NCBI GenBank assembly: GCA_000165425.1
Contig: CT868319.1
Location: 124,001-188,000, forward strand
Direction: 5' to 3'
DNA from: Paramecium tetraurelia
Taxonomy: Eukaryota
DNA: 64,000 nucleotides
Positions 24,684 through 37,441 of the stretch are shown here, piece by piece. Both the position numbers and the translations under genes were made by a program. Each line of letters starts with the position of its first letter. Position 1 is the first letter of the stretch. A model generated the notes under the pieces. The model worked only from the letters and a program-made list of their open reading frames with translations, did not search any database and was not told where the DNA came from.

Positions 24684-26868
24684 ATGGTGATCAGCATTAA
24701 TAATGCAGTGAATAGATGTATGTAATAAAGATGCATAATAAGTCTTACTTGGCATAGATATATTTGGCCAAAGTTTCACCATCAATGTAAATGGCAAAAG
24801 AAATTATACTACTGCTTGTGGTGGCATAACTTCAGTATTAGTGATAGCTATTGTGATTATGAGTTCCTGGAACACAATTATTAACTTTTTTTGGAAATCA
24901 AACTTATAAGTATCTATTTCCTCTGAACACAACATGGATTCCCCCATTATCAAATTAGACTCCGACAATTTTATGTTAACCATGGGTCTAAAATAATTGG
25001 ACAATACACAATTACAATATTTCTAAATCGAAATTGAATAGCGGTAAGTATTATAATCATTTTGAGGTTGTATAACAATAATTCCGAGTAGATTAGTTAT
25101 ATTGAATTAGAAAAATGCTCAAATGAGAGACTATTACAACTTTAAGAGAACTAAACCATTAATATGGCTTAAGTGCTTCCTTAAGAATTCCAAGGGTCTC
25201 TTTTATGTCTCAAGTATCTTTTTTATAATTAAATAGAAATAATCAAACATTGCATTTCCATTAGTCAGGCCCAAGTAATTAATTAATTTAAGCAAGATTA
25301 ATTGGAATTTTTGAGAATTAATATAAAAAAATGCAAAAATTTTACAAATTCACAATTAAGATGTGCATCAGAAGATGAAATCAATTAATTTGTTCAGAAG
25401 AATAGATAATTCACTTTATAGCTGTACTTTGCCAATTATGTCATTTAATATCTTAATTTTAGATACTGAACCCACATAATACAGGTGAAAACTATGTGCA
25501 ACAATTCCTCGATGATTCAGTTACCATTAGTTTTATACCCTAAAAATTGTTAAGGTCAGTAACTCTGCTTTTGAAGAAGTACAACTTAATGAATGACGAT
25601 AGTGTTATGCCGTTTTAGTAATTCCTAAATTATATTTAGATCAAATGAAAAATCAGAAGTCAATTTAATATCTTCATAAGATAAGATAGAGATTGTTGAT
25701 CTCGGAAGAGATGATGATGAAGTATACGGATATATAGATATAAAATAAGATATATTCACCACTACAATCAAGAGATCCTGTCTAAAATTACACACTTTGC
25801 TTTCCTATATTGGGGGATTATTGCAAGCTCTATCCTTAGTTTTAGGGTCTCTTATAATTTAATACAATAAATTACAAAGTAAAATTATATCATATTTCAA
25901 TTATAGTGTCATTAGATTTGGCAAATCAAATATTTTAGTTTGAAAAGAACTCTGAAGTAAAGATAGAATAGATTAAATAATTAAAGGAAATCAACAATGT
26001 TATCGAATAGTAGAAAGAGCAATCTAGAACTGAAAAGTCTCCTCAAAGTTAGAGATAACTGCATAAGTCCTAAGTAGATTCTCCATATTGTGGGAGAGAA
26101 GTGAATAAACTGTTTTTTAATATATTGAGATCATAGTTTGAATTTCAAACCAATTCTGAAAGAAAGATACAACTAAATCAAAGAAATAGGATAATTTCAA
26201 AGCAATTTAATTTCGAAAAGAATAATACTAAATGGGTCTAGAAATTTGGATATACAAGTTCTAAAGATTATTTTAGAAAATCAATTATTGGAATATTAAC
26301 CAGATATTCACCCTTAATTTTAAACTTCAAATTTTTAATAAATCAAATCACATTTGGTAAATTGTTTTAATGCAACGATTCAAAATTATTAGAAATAGCC
26401 TTGAAAAAGATTAATATGCTATCCGATTCAAAGTATCTCTTTGAAAAATTGACTGAAATAGATAAGTTAAAATAAATATTACTCACTAAAGATTAGTTAG
26501 CTATATTCAACTTCACTTCCAAACCAATCATAAGTCTCAAAATTAAAAATAGAAGGGCTTCTAAAAACTCTCTTTACAAATAGTATAATTAATATATACA
26601 AAACAAATAAAATCTAATCGATGATATCGTTTACAATTACGAATAAGTTCTGTCTGTCTATGAAAAAATAGAGTCGACCAAAAACATGTACCCAGATAAT
26701 CATTACTAAACTCACATAATAAGGAGATTAATTAAATAAATTGACCCAGAATTACTGACAATTTATAGATTGTAGAAGTATATTGAAAGTCAGGAAGTGA
26801 TAGAATAATTGAGTGAAGTCGAATAATAATAAAACAGTGTGAATTGTTTAATAAGTGATGAAGTATGA
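24684..26868 (+). CDS. Two-TM Cys-rich-ectodomain ciliate family member #2
   Basis: IDIFGQ…YTTACGG + TM1; Cys-rich loop; KLHTLLSYIGG + TM2; KLTEIDKLKQILL…FNFTSKP; several tiny introns. Confidence 0.85.
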
Positions 26869-26921
26869 TTTTATTTTATTTTATTTATTTATTTAATTAT
26901 TCAAATTCAATATTTAATTAA

Positions 26922-27700
26922 ATGGATAATTATTTCACAATCATAAGTTTACTGGGACTTAGAAATTAGAATCTACCTCCATTTAGGTGAGTGTTAATTT
27001 TAAATACAATAGAGAAGCTCGTTTGAAGAGATACAGATCAATCAAGAAGATGGTTGAATTGATTGAGACAGCTGGTTGGACTTAGCCAAAAGTACCATTC
27101 AATGCCTTTTGCTTGAGTTCTCAAGATCGTAAGAATACACATTTGAATATCTATTTTAGCCGAATGGGAAGATGATATGACCTATCCCGTTATAGAGTAT
27201 AATAAGTTTGGGTATTAGGCTTTTGCTTTTGGAATGAATTTGGTAAATAACATTTCTAAGATGTATTATAGTTCCTATATGCATATAATTACAATGTGAT
27301 AACACAAAACATCAGATTCAGAACATTTAGATATCTATTCCCTGTTGTTTAGTGTTTTATATTCGGCAGAATATATTTCGAATACAAATCTGAATTAACA
27401 AAAGTCAATTTGTTTGATGAGTATGTTCAATTAAGAGCATAGGAGTTGGTGAAGGAGAACGAGTTTCTTTTGGAACATGAAGGTTAGTATGCGTTCATGA
27501 TTTGAATAGATATCAAGAGATTCGTGTGGTGGTATGAGGATTACAAAGAGACATTATGCAGAGTCCACAGACAAGCTAATGATCACGCAGCCACTGACTT
27601 CAAAGACTCTGAATTGATATTGTAAGACTTTATTCGCAGATACACAAATCCCAATTCCGCAAGACCACTCAATATTTAAGAGAAAGGAGTTTTATTCTGA
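26922..27700 (+). CDS. Probable ciliate-specific mitochondrial ATP synthase subunit (ATPTT-type)
   Basis: Clean 5-exon model, MDNYFTIISLLGLRNQNLPPF…VHRQANDH…QDFIRRY, about 220 aa. It matches my recollection of a Tetrahymena ATP-synthase subunit; needs BLAST confirmation. Confidence 0.7.
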
Positions 27701-27749
27701 AATTATTATTCCAAAATAAATAAATATTTTACACACAATAACATTGTAT

Positions 27750-28797
27750 ATGTTGGCTATCTAACTTTTCATTTTAACACTCTCAACCCTCTTTGGATTG
27801 TCATTTTAATCCCAACAATGCCCAAACATAATATATGATACCGTGAAATTGTTTATTTTTTGCACTTTTTTGATTGAAAACTATTGCATACTAATAGGTT
27901 TATTTCTATTTATTTGGTTAAGAGAATTAATAAAAAAGTTTGATCATGAAAAAAAATTAGAACTACCTCATATATAATAAAATAACATTCAAAGTTAAAA
28001 AGCAAAGTAATTATCTTTTTCAGTGGAAGCAATAGAATCTGCAGTAGAGGCAGTCCAAATATATGATCACGTCACAAAAGAAAGTCAATATGCAATCTTA
28101 TAAAGGGCTGATAAGAGTCATTTAGCTTAATTAGGAATTACTTTAAAGAATACTGTGTTATTAGAAAAGGGTAGAGTAGTTGATTCAAATTAAAATTCTA
28201 AATTAATATCTCAATTAGATAATCAGAAAAGGGGGAATGGTGCTCAATAAATCTCGATTAAATATGAAGATAATAGTGAATATTTAAAAAACTAAAACAG
28301 AATTCTAAAATCTATTCCATTTAAAATTGGTGATTTTGACAAATAAATGGGTGAAATCATTCAAGCTGAAATTATGTCTAATGAATAATTGGACAATTAG
28401 GTGAGTAGACATTAAGCTTAAGAATAACATCATGCTCTATAATAAACTATTTATGAGTCTATTCTTCTGATAATTTTATATGGTATAAATCAATTTATAA
28501 ATAAAAGCTGGCGGAATATCTTAAGTTAAAAATATTTATCTATAAATATTTGATTCACTGTTGTTTGGAGTTGTATTGCATAGTGGAGTTTAGAAGTAGC
28601 AACTTTTTACGGTAACTCATTTGTTGTTAAATGTGTGTATCATATCTGGGTGCTGCTCTTTATATATATTGGGAATATACTTCAAGTTTCAAATTTTCAT
28701 TATCGGGGGACTGGTCTTATCATTATAGAAAGTTAATGCCAATTTGGTGATGATGATAATTCCATTGACTACTTTGCTGAAAATATTTATAATCTGA
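27750..28797 (+). CDS. Multi-pass membrane protein, hypothetical (ZIP-like layout possible)
   Basis: Open frame with N-terminal hydrophobic segments, a long hydrophilic loop with a few His residues, one 25-nt intron and several C-terminal TM segments. Confidence 0.6.
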
Positions 28798-28920
28798 TAT
28801 AAATAATACATGTTTGGTGTTTATTCTTTTAAAATCATTTAATTTTGTTTAGAATGTATGCAGAATAAAATTTAAATGTTTGAACTAAATAAATATATAT
28901 ATAGGAAAATGTAATCAAAT

Positions 28921-29568
28921 TCAATCTAGACCATCTGAAGTACTACTGTTAAAAATAAATTATAACAATACCCATTTGCATTCGATTAATCTTTGTCTAT
29001 CTTTTTAATGAGTTATTTAATTCTTTCTTCGTTTTTCTATTTATAATTTAATCTTACTTTTTAACTTCTTAATAACTCTTAACGATTTTTTTAAGTTTCT
29101 TATAATAAAAACATATTAACTGTATGCATTCCGTCCTGTTTGATTTTCATTTGTTCGATTTCTTACTCTAAGTATTAAATAGTCTATTGTAAACTTTAAC
29201 TATTTTAAGTATGCATACGAATGGGGGATTAAATGCTTGAGTTGCGTATTTTAAGACTGGGATACTCAGCTGAATGAGTTGCTTTTGATAAGACAGCAAA
29301 TTTTACAACTACACTCTGAAATTTAACTGAGATTGAGATCAGCTTTTTCTTTGGATTGTTATTTACCAAAGTTGAATAAGTTGTTATACATTCCTTGGGT
29401 GTTTTCATCAAGTTTTTCTACAATTTATTAGGTTTAAGTAGCCATTTATTGTATTTTCTGTATAATCAATTTGGTTTCATTATATTCGAAATCATCATCT
29501 TTAACTAAAAACTCGTGATTAATTTGGAAATAATTTCCACTCGATTTGGTTCTTCGATGCTTAGACAT
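28921..29568 (-). CDS. Hypothetical coiled-coil protein
   Basis: MSKHRRTKSSGNYF start; frame maintained through tiny introns; heptad-rich C-terminus. Confidence 0.55.
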
Positions 29569-29685
29569 ATAATAAAAAATTAAATAATTAAAATTTAATC
29601 ACTTTGCTAATACATTTTGATTCTAGAGATTACGATAAATATACATTAATATACTTGTTTTATATGTTGTACGGATAAAATACTC

Positions 29686-30102
29686 TCACAATCCTTTAAT
29701 TTTATCTTCAATGAATTGCTTTTCAGCTTCGCTTACTTCAATTGCGAAATCTTTAACTGCCAAAGAGGAACACTTTCTTGACTTGATTTTCTTTGTCTTA
29801 GTCAAAAACTTTGAAATTCCAATCCATTCTCCCAACAAAGCACCCTTCTCGACTCTCCAAACTGGAATTTGGAATTGCTTAGCCAAAGCAATAACTAATT
29901 TTTTGTATGTCTCTTCTGAACAATCATCAGCCAATACAACAAACTTAGCCTATTCCAATATATATCAATAATCAACTTATTTGCTTTCAATTGCTTTGCA
30001 AACTTCATGTACACCCTTTGATAATTATCCTCTATGTAAGGAAGTTTGGATAACTCTTTTTAAAGTAGTGAGCTCTTCTGATAATTATTCGACCTCTGCC
30101 AT
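29686..30102 (-). CDS. RPS12: 40S ribosomal protein S12 (eS12)
   Basis: GQLSKGVHEVCKAIE…VLADDCSEETYKKLVIAL…LGEWIG…KCSS; one intron. Confidence 0.93.
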
Positions 30103-30217
30103 AATGAAAATATTTTAAATCTTTATTTTAAATTAAAAAACAAAAAGAAATATAAGTGTTATATTCCTGCATATAAAAGCACAAAAATTATAAAAAAGCT
30201 TTCATTGTTTGAAAATC

Positions 30218-31620
30218 TCATTGTAAAATGATCTAACAATTCTCCTATTTCAATTAAATAGAAGTTGAATCATGTTTGACTAATAAAAACTTCAATTCAT
30301 CAGAATGTTTAATTTTCACAGTCTTAACTATTTTTGGTTCCTCCACATAATTCACTTTCAACCTAATTTTAAGTAATTTCTTTTGTTCTTCTTTCTTCTA
30401 TTGCATTTTCAACATCGATTCCTTTTTTGCCTATTCCAATTTCAATTTCTGTACTTCTTTCCTTTACTATTCAATAGTGGTTTCCATTTTGTTTAATTGT
30501 CTCTGATAATGGGAGTAGAAATGCTCGTAATCAGCTCTGACCCCATCAAAAACTGAAGCTCTATTTCTATCAATCAACATCAATTTGACCTTCTTTTTGT
30601 TCTTCTTGGTTCTATCCTAGATTAAGAGAGTTCTGTCAAAAGTGGAATAAACTAACTGTTTATTGGATTGATAAACTCCAATTTTTGAATAGTTGTCGAG
30701 ATTCCAATCTGATAGTATGGTTGGATGTTTAGGCCAGAGAACTTGCTTTTCCTTGATAGATTAATATTGATCGTCCATAAACTCAATCACAGTTTAGGAG
30801 ATTAAAGGTGGATTGAATTGGTAGGCACATTCTGGATCCTGACATGAATCAAAAATCTTGGATCTATGATCCTTATTATCAAGAGGTTCTTCTTCTTTGA
30901 GAGCCACTCTTAGGTCTTTGAGTGTGTTAAATATGTCTGAGCAATTGCTAAAGGTACTTGTAAATTCTTCTTCATCTTATTTAATTAGTTTTAATTTTAA
31001 TAGTTCACGCTGCTTAATTTAAGAAATGAGATGAAGAGCAACCAGATTCTCATTGTAGATGATTTGTCTGCCAACTTAAAATTCAGGAAGCTAGATATTG
31101 AGTCGTTTCAACCTTTTTTATTTGTAGGCTCTACTAGGACGAAAGGCCATGTTCATTCGGTAACTAGTGATGAATATAAAAATGATTTTTTACTCATTTT
31201 CCTAAGCCCTCATGAACACTCGCAACAGAGGTCGTTGAAGACGTTCAACCTTAGCATTATAATATTCTGGAGGGTAATTAATGGAATTCAGCAATTCATA
31301 TTGGCGAACGTAGTTCCGAGTGTTAGATAGGTTATTCCTGATGTCTAGTTATTAGATGGCGAGTGGATCTGCTCCAAGTGCTTAATCTTCTTCGTCACAT
31401 GAATATTCGTTTTCATCTGGATATACAATATTTGTATGAATGTAAGTAAGAGGAATTTTATGGCTTGCTTGAGGTAACCCTTCCACAATCACAAACCTAG
31501 GTATTTCTATCTGTTTGCACTGTCCATCCTAACAAAAATTCTGCCATTTCTTACCTTCTAACTTTCAATCTCCCAAACTTCACTTTTCTAAAGTGCCGTA
31601 TTTGGATCGACCTGCCTCAT
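30218..31620 (-). CDS. Enhancer of polycomb-like protein (NuA4 EPL1/EPC family)
   Basis: IEIPRF…YSCDEED…YYNAKVERLQRPLLR…AFRP…IKQRELLK pattern of the EPcA domain; later KVKLMLIDR motif. Confidence 0.7.
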
Positions 31621-32437
31621 TAAAATAAAGATTTAATATATGCAAATATTTTAACCAAAACTTAAAATAATCAATTCACCCCTCAACAGATGCCCACAAC
31701 TCCACTCAATAACAGAATATATTAAGAGGAATTCACAACTTCAATTGATAAATTTTTTTATTTTATTTTATTAATAATCCGATCATCATTATTTTTTTCA
31801 AAACTATCATCCTCTTCTATGAACCCCAAATCATTCTCCATCTCCAAATCCACCAATCTAACAAAACCCCATTCTTCCTCCATCGCTATCCCTCACATCC
31901 AATCATCGCAATTACGCACATCCATATCTAAGAATTTTACATCATTTCTCCTCTAAAATACAATACCAAAAATTGCGAACTAAAGAAATATCATATATAA
32001 TATCTATATCACTATATCCTCACTCAAACAACAACACAAAAATGAAAATCAACCCATTTAATACAATAATATTTCTTTTTATATAATTTTTCATATTTAT
32101 ATATTTTGATTATTAACAATTATAATTATACTTCATTTCCTATATCCTATTTCTTCCACTTTCCTATAATCATCACTTCATACAATTACTGATTCACATA
32201 TGCTTCAATGTCTTACTGTACACAATTAAACATTAATCATAATATTTTATGGAACTATCATATTTCTCATCAAAATAGAATTATTTAATAACAGAAAAAG
32301 AACATAATTTGTGATTAACTTGAGATTAATTAAGGTGATGATTGAAGATTGAAAAATAAATCATATCATATAAATTTTCAAGATTCTTTGTATGATTTAT
32401 GGTATTAACTTCAAATTATGATTTTATTAATAAATTA

Positions 32438-33875
32438 ATGTCTCATTAGAGAAGAAGGGAGTAGTTCGAAAAAATATCGAATTCTTTGAAGGAGGACGAT
32501 CGAAAGAGAAGGGAAGAATTAGAAAGGGAATTTTTGAAATGTCAGAAGAGAGGCTAAATGCACACTAATTCAATGATGAATTGGATAAACAAACACCAAA
32601 ATAAAGCAGATCCTAAGGCCAAAGAAATGTATCGCTATCTACCTGAAGAAAGAGTATATAAATTTAAATGAACCATCAGCGTAAACACATTGAGCTTACC
32701 CTGCTGTTTGAGAAGTTTGACAATGATGGTTCCAAAGCACTAGATTTTATTGAAGTATTCAGGATGTTCACTAAGTAATTGCGAATGATCATAATAGATA
32801 TGGAATCTTCATTACTAAGAAAGAATTGTTAGATTTTTTTAAAGTTGTTGACCAAAATAAGGATTTCTCTTTAAACCTCCAAGAATTCAAAGCCTGTTAT
32901 TTGGACTCAGCTGCAAGAGATATTTTTGCTAAAATAATGAAATAATTGATAGAGAGAACACAATTGACCGAAGACGAAATTAATGCTGCCCTAAATGAAA
33001 TGAATGAATTGAACAATTAGAATAGCAACTAAAATCAAAATCCTATACCTGCTCTTCCTAAATCCTTTTAGGGAGTCATCAGTCTGCTCACGTATTTGAA
33101 TACCAGGGATGAGATAAAGGATAAGCTGACCTCAAAATAAGTCAACATCTATGAACAAATTAATAATCTAAAATAACTAATTGAGTTGAGTAATAAAATC
33201 GATGTTGTTTAGAAGGTGGAGATTGAAAGAAAGATCAAGATAAAAAAATCCTCAGAGGATAGATTAAATAAATTTAAGAATCAATTAAAGTAAATTAAAG
33301 ACAGAGCCATCCAAACTGGACAGATGATGGCTGAAGAAGAATTGAGACAAAAAAATTCTGCTTTTTTAATTACTGTCTAACCTCAACGCAAATACAAGTA
33401 TAGCTATAAAAGTGAAAACAAATTCAAAAGAATGGCACCAAATAAATAAGAGGAATTACATCTACCTAGCTACTCAGATTAAAAAGTAAATCAATTTTAT
33501 GAATATATGAATATTAATATTCCCGATCAATTGAAGAATATTAATAATAGAATATGGACTAAGCTATTTGAAAACAATCAATAATTAGACATCATCCTCT
33601 AAAAGAATAGAAAAAATCAATTAGAATCTTAAAGAACTGATAGATTAAAACAGAAGATTAAATAAACCTTGGACAACTTATAAGCTAATTTTGAATCTGA
33701 TTTCGATAGTGAAGCAAATAGAAAACCAACTTTAGAATCTCCACAAGAAAAACAATCTGCAAAATCTCCTAATTTCTTTACTTCAAGAAATTTAATGTCA
33801 TAAACTTCAGAAGATTTTAGGACTGCTAGGACACAGAGAATGCCTCCAGGATCCTCAAAATTATCTTTTCATTGA
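32438..33875 (+). CDS. EF-hand pair protein with coiled-coil C-terminus
   Basis: Loops DNDGSKALDFIE and DQNKDFSLNLQE; two tiny introns. Confidence 0.85.
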
Positions 33876-34173
33876 TAAAATAATGAGTAAAAATTAAGAT
33901 TTTATTATTTTATATAACAATAGAATCCTCTCATCTTCTTGAATCTAAATTGACTTTCTGTTTTTAATTCGATAGATTAGTATATTTAAACATAATATTT
34001 ATCTCGATTGGAACTCAGAGTAGTGGTATGCCCATTCTATTATCTCTTACCAATCATAACGATGATAGTGTAATTTTGAATTGCTATTGAATTTTTGCAA
34101 AACCAAATGCGAATCCAAGAAATCCATATCTCTGGAGGTAATGATGATATTTATATGTATATATATAATCTGA

Positions 34174-34939
34174 TCAGAGTCCTGTCATTCTGCTTTACAC
34201 TCCTACTGTCTTCATGTAATGCTCCTTGTATTTGTGTTTTCCTATCAACTTAAAAAGAAGTGCGTACTATTGAAACTGGCCATGTGCATGGTACGAGGGT
34301 CATCTGGATGACTGTAACCAGCCATGCATCTCTGTCTGTTGTAATGAAAATCGTGTGGAGTCCAACCGAATTCTGCAAATTAGTTACCGAATAATTCTTC
34401 TTGGACTGTTGATGCTAAGGCATCTTTCATTCTCAATCTCACGAATTCCTCATTCTTGGCTGGGAAGAGGTTTCTATTCGTTATTAACTATAACTTACGT
34501 CCAATAATAGGGAATCACATATGAATAATAGTAATGCGCAATGTATACACCACAAATTAAATAAACCCACATGGCAAAGGCACCCTATGATATTAGTGAT
34601 CAATCGTACATCTGAATTCAAGGTATGCTCTTGCCAATCTCTGTATGCTTCATAAGTTGCCCAATGAAGGAATCCATGTGATGTGTCAACCTTAACTTCT
34701 CATATGAAAATCATTACTTTTGGGTAAATACCAATCATATTGGCGAATGCAGGCCAATCATAAAAGACATCAAATAACACCTGTTGTCTTCCATAGTAAA
34801 ATTTGTTTCCGTATACTCTTCTTGCCATTCTTAAGGCATCCCATCTTTCCTCTCCAACCACTCTTGCGGCCATCTTGGTAAACCACCAGATGCCATTCTT
34901 GTAATAACTTGTTTTAGCACTGAATATACTTAAACTCAT
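34174..34939 (-). CDS. Probable ciliate mitochondrial respiratory-chain (complex IV) accessory subunit
   Basis: Aromatic-rich single-TM protein MSLSIFSAKTSYYKNGIWWF…RDWQEHTLNSD…RLRMKD…HPDDPR with four introns. It resembles my recollection of a Tetrahymena complex IV subunit; unverified. Confidence 0.65.
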
Positions 34940-35589
34940 TTAAAAGATTTAATATCAGCACTAATTGTGTATTATAAAATGAGGATTAATAAGAGTTGGG
35001 CAAACATTAAGATATTTTCGAATAAAAATTCCATAATAAAAAGATACTGATTTTACAAAATCTTCTTAAGTATCGTCTAATTCTTAGTGTAGTACCTTGA
35101 TGATAAAGCAAGAAGAGAGTTTATCCTATTCTAATCCAATAGATTTGCAAAAATTTGTGCAAAAATAATATCAAATTCCAACTAAAATTATGTATAATTT
35201 AAAGAACAATTTTACAACAATTTTTTTTCTCAATATATTACCTTTATTAGCATCATTTCTTTATAGATTAGATAGAAATCTTATCCTACATGATTAATTT
35301 GATGAATCTATTATGCAACATAAAAACAAGTTTATAGAAAACATTTTGACATAAATTTAGTACCCTTTTGCTTGAAATTGATTGAATGACGTAGGTGTCA
35401 AGTGTTTGAGTTGATCGCAGATCTCTAGACAATACCATTTGAACACCAGGTATTTTTATTTTATTTTAATATAAATATATAAAAGATTTTATACTTCTTA
35501 AAAGTGGCCTCCGATTAACTTCATTTCAAAGAATTATAATAAAAATAATAGTTGGTGCATATCTATGATGAAGCATGATTATTTAAAAG

Positions 35590-36145
35590 GACAGTTGTCA
35601 TACGTCTTGATTCTCCTATTCTCATCAAATAGTGCTCCTTGTATTTATGCTTTCCTAAATATATTCTTAAATAATTGTACTATTGAATGAAGCCATGTGC
35701 ATGGTTCTTTGATCATCTGGATGGACATATCCTGCCATACATCTTTATCTATTATAATGGAAATCATGGGGAGCCAAGGCAAATTCTGCATTTTTTTTAG
35801 CAAATTGTTCCTCCAAAACAGTTGTTGCAATTGCATTTTTCATTCTCAACCTCACAAATTCTTCGTTCTTAGCTGGGAACATGTTTCTATCATTATGATG
35901 AATTAACATATGTTCAATAATACGGAATCATATAAGAGTAGAAACAGTGAGCGATATAGATACCAAATAGCGAAAGATCCCTAAGAGTTATTAGTATAAA
36001 AAAATAAATCTGAATTCAAAGTGTGTTCTTGCCAATCTCATGGTATCCCATCGTTCTTCACTTATTATACGAGCTGGAATCATAGTAAACCACAAAGTAC
36101 GTTTTTATAATAGCTCGTCTTAACGCCAAATATACTAAGACTCAT
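35590..36145 (-). pseudogene. Degenerate tandem paralogue of the gene at 34174-34939
   Basis: Starts MSLSIFGVKTSYYKN, then a frameshift, a ~191-nt internal deletion, a lost GT donor and TGG>TGA; downstream blocks (FPAKNEEFVRLRMK, HPDD.RTMHMASF) are still recognisable. Confidence 0.88.
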
Positions 36146-36314
36146 AAATTTAGATATTTTATTAATTCATTCAACCCCCTTAGAATGTACAATTTTTATA
36201 AATCTATCTATATTAATTTATAAATAGTTTTTCAAAAATAACCAGGAATGCAAAATATTTGTCAACTTCAGACTGAGGAATAGTCAAGGCATCTTTGAAT
36301 GACCAAGATGAAAC

Positions 36315-37124
36315 ATGATTTTTTTCAACTAACACCTACTTCACACCCTCGAAGAAATCAGTTCCTTACATTATTCTATTAATTTAAAAATATTTATTAT
36401 ACCTCCTCACAATTCTATAATCCATCTTCAAATTCTCTCTAAGATCAAGCTTTTACCCTCTTTTAATCTATTCAAATATGATTCTCAAAAAGAGTGCACA
36501 ATCTTGAGTATGGGAAATCTGAAAGAAGAAAATTAATACAGTTTTGATCAAGCATAAAATTTATTTAAAAAGGTTTTAGAATAGAAGTAAGACTAGTTTA
36601 AATTTAGATTTTAGGTAAAATTAAATGATAAATTAAATGATTAAAAATTTTGTTTGAATAGCTTATTAAATTAGAATAATTTTAAGAAAAACTAATTTAG
36701 GTATCATTAAAAACTGTAATTTCCAAATTTATTTGAATTGATAATAGATAGATATACAACACCAAATGATTTAGTATAATATCGCACACCATTTTAGATA
36801 AATAATTATATCAAATTACTTCAAAAATTTCATTTAAAAGGGCAGCATTTTAGTGGGGAATAAATAATTACTTATACTAAAACAAATCAGGAAATACTAT
36901 CTTCCTTATTAATATGTAAGTTAGTAAAATAAAAAATAATTGTTGTAAAGATGATGAAAGAGATCAATTCTCTCTAATATAAATTATTTGTATAATCACA
37001 GTTAAGGCACTTAGAAATACAAAATCATTCAACAATTAAGAATGAAAACAAAGTGTTTGATACCATAAATGTAAAGGAATTGTAAGAGAATTTTAGAATT
37101 GAGAATATTATCAAGAGACTCTGA
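36315..37124 (+). CDS. Hypothetical intronless protein (possibly truncated or decaying)
   Basis: 269 TGA-free codons from ATG 36315; no motif recognised; protein-like sequence continues for about 55 codons past the TGA. Confidence 0.4.
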
Positions 37125-37441
37125 AATCTTTTTAAAAAAGAATAAATAAAGGAAATTTTTAAGAATAAAGTCAGCATTATTGATTTTCTGACCAAGAAGA
37201 ACTTAAAAGAACAAGTTTAAATATTGGATATGGATTATGAGATGAATGAGAATGATTATAGATGGAGATATTATTGTAAAGCCCCTTTTTTGAATTGGGA
37301 TTGATAAAGCAATAGAGTTGGATTGAAAGCTTTGATATGTATAGGTTATTTTTGATGAGGTATTGCATAAGAAGTCTTTTTATTATTATAATCATATATA
37401 TATTTGTCAATTCTTCGATTAGTAATAAATATATTATACAC

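Noticed and set aside
33900..34150. Small minus-strand ORF downstream of the complex-IV-like gene
   Set aside because: Short, with no recognisable motif or intron support.
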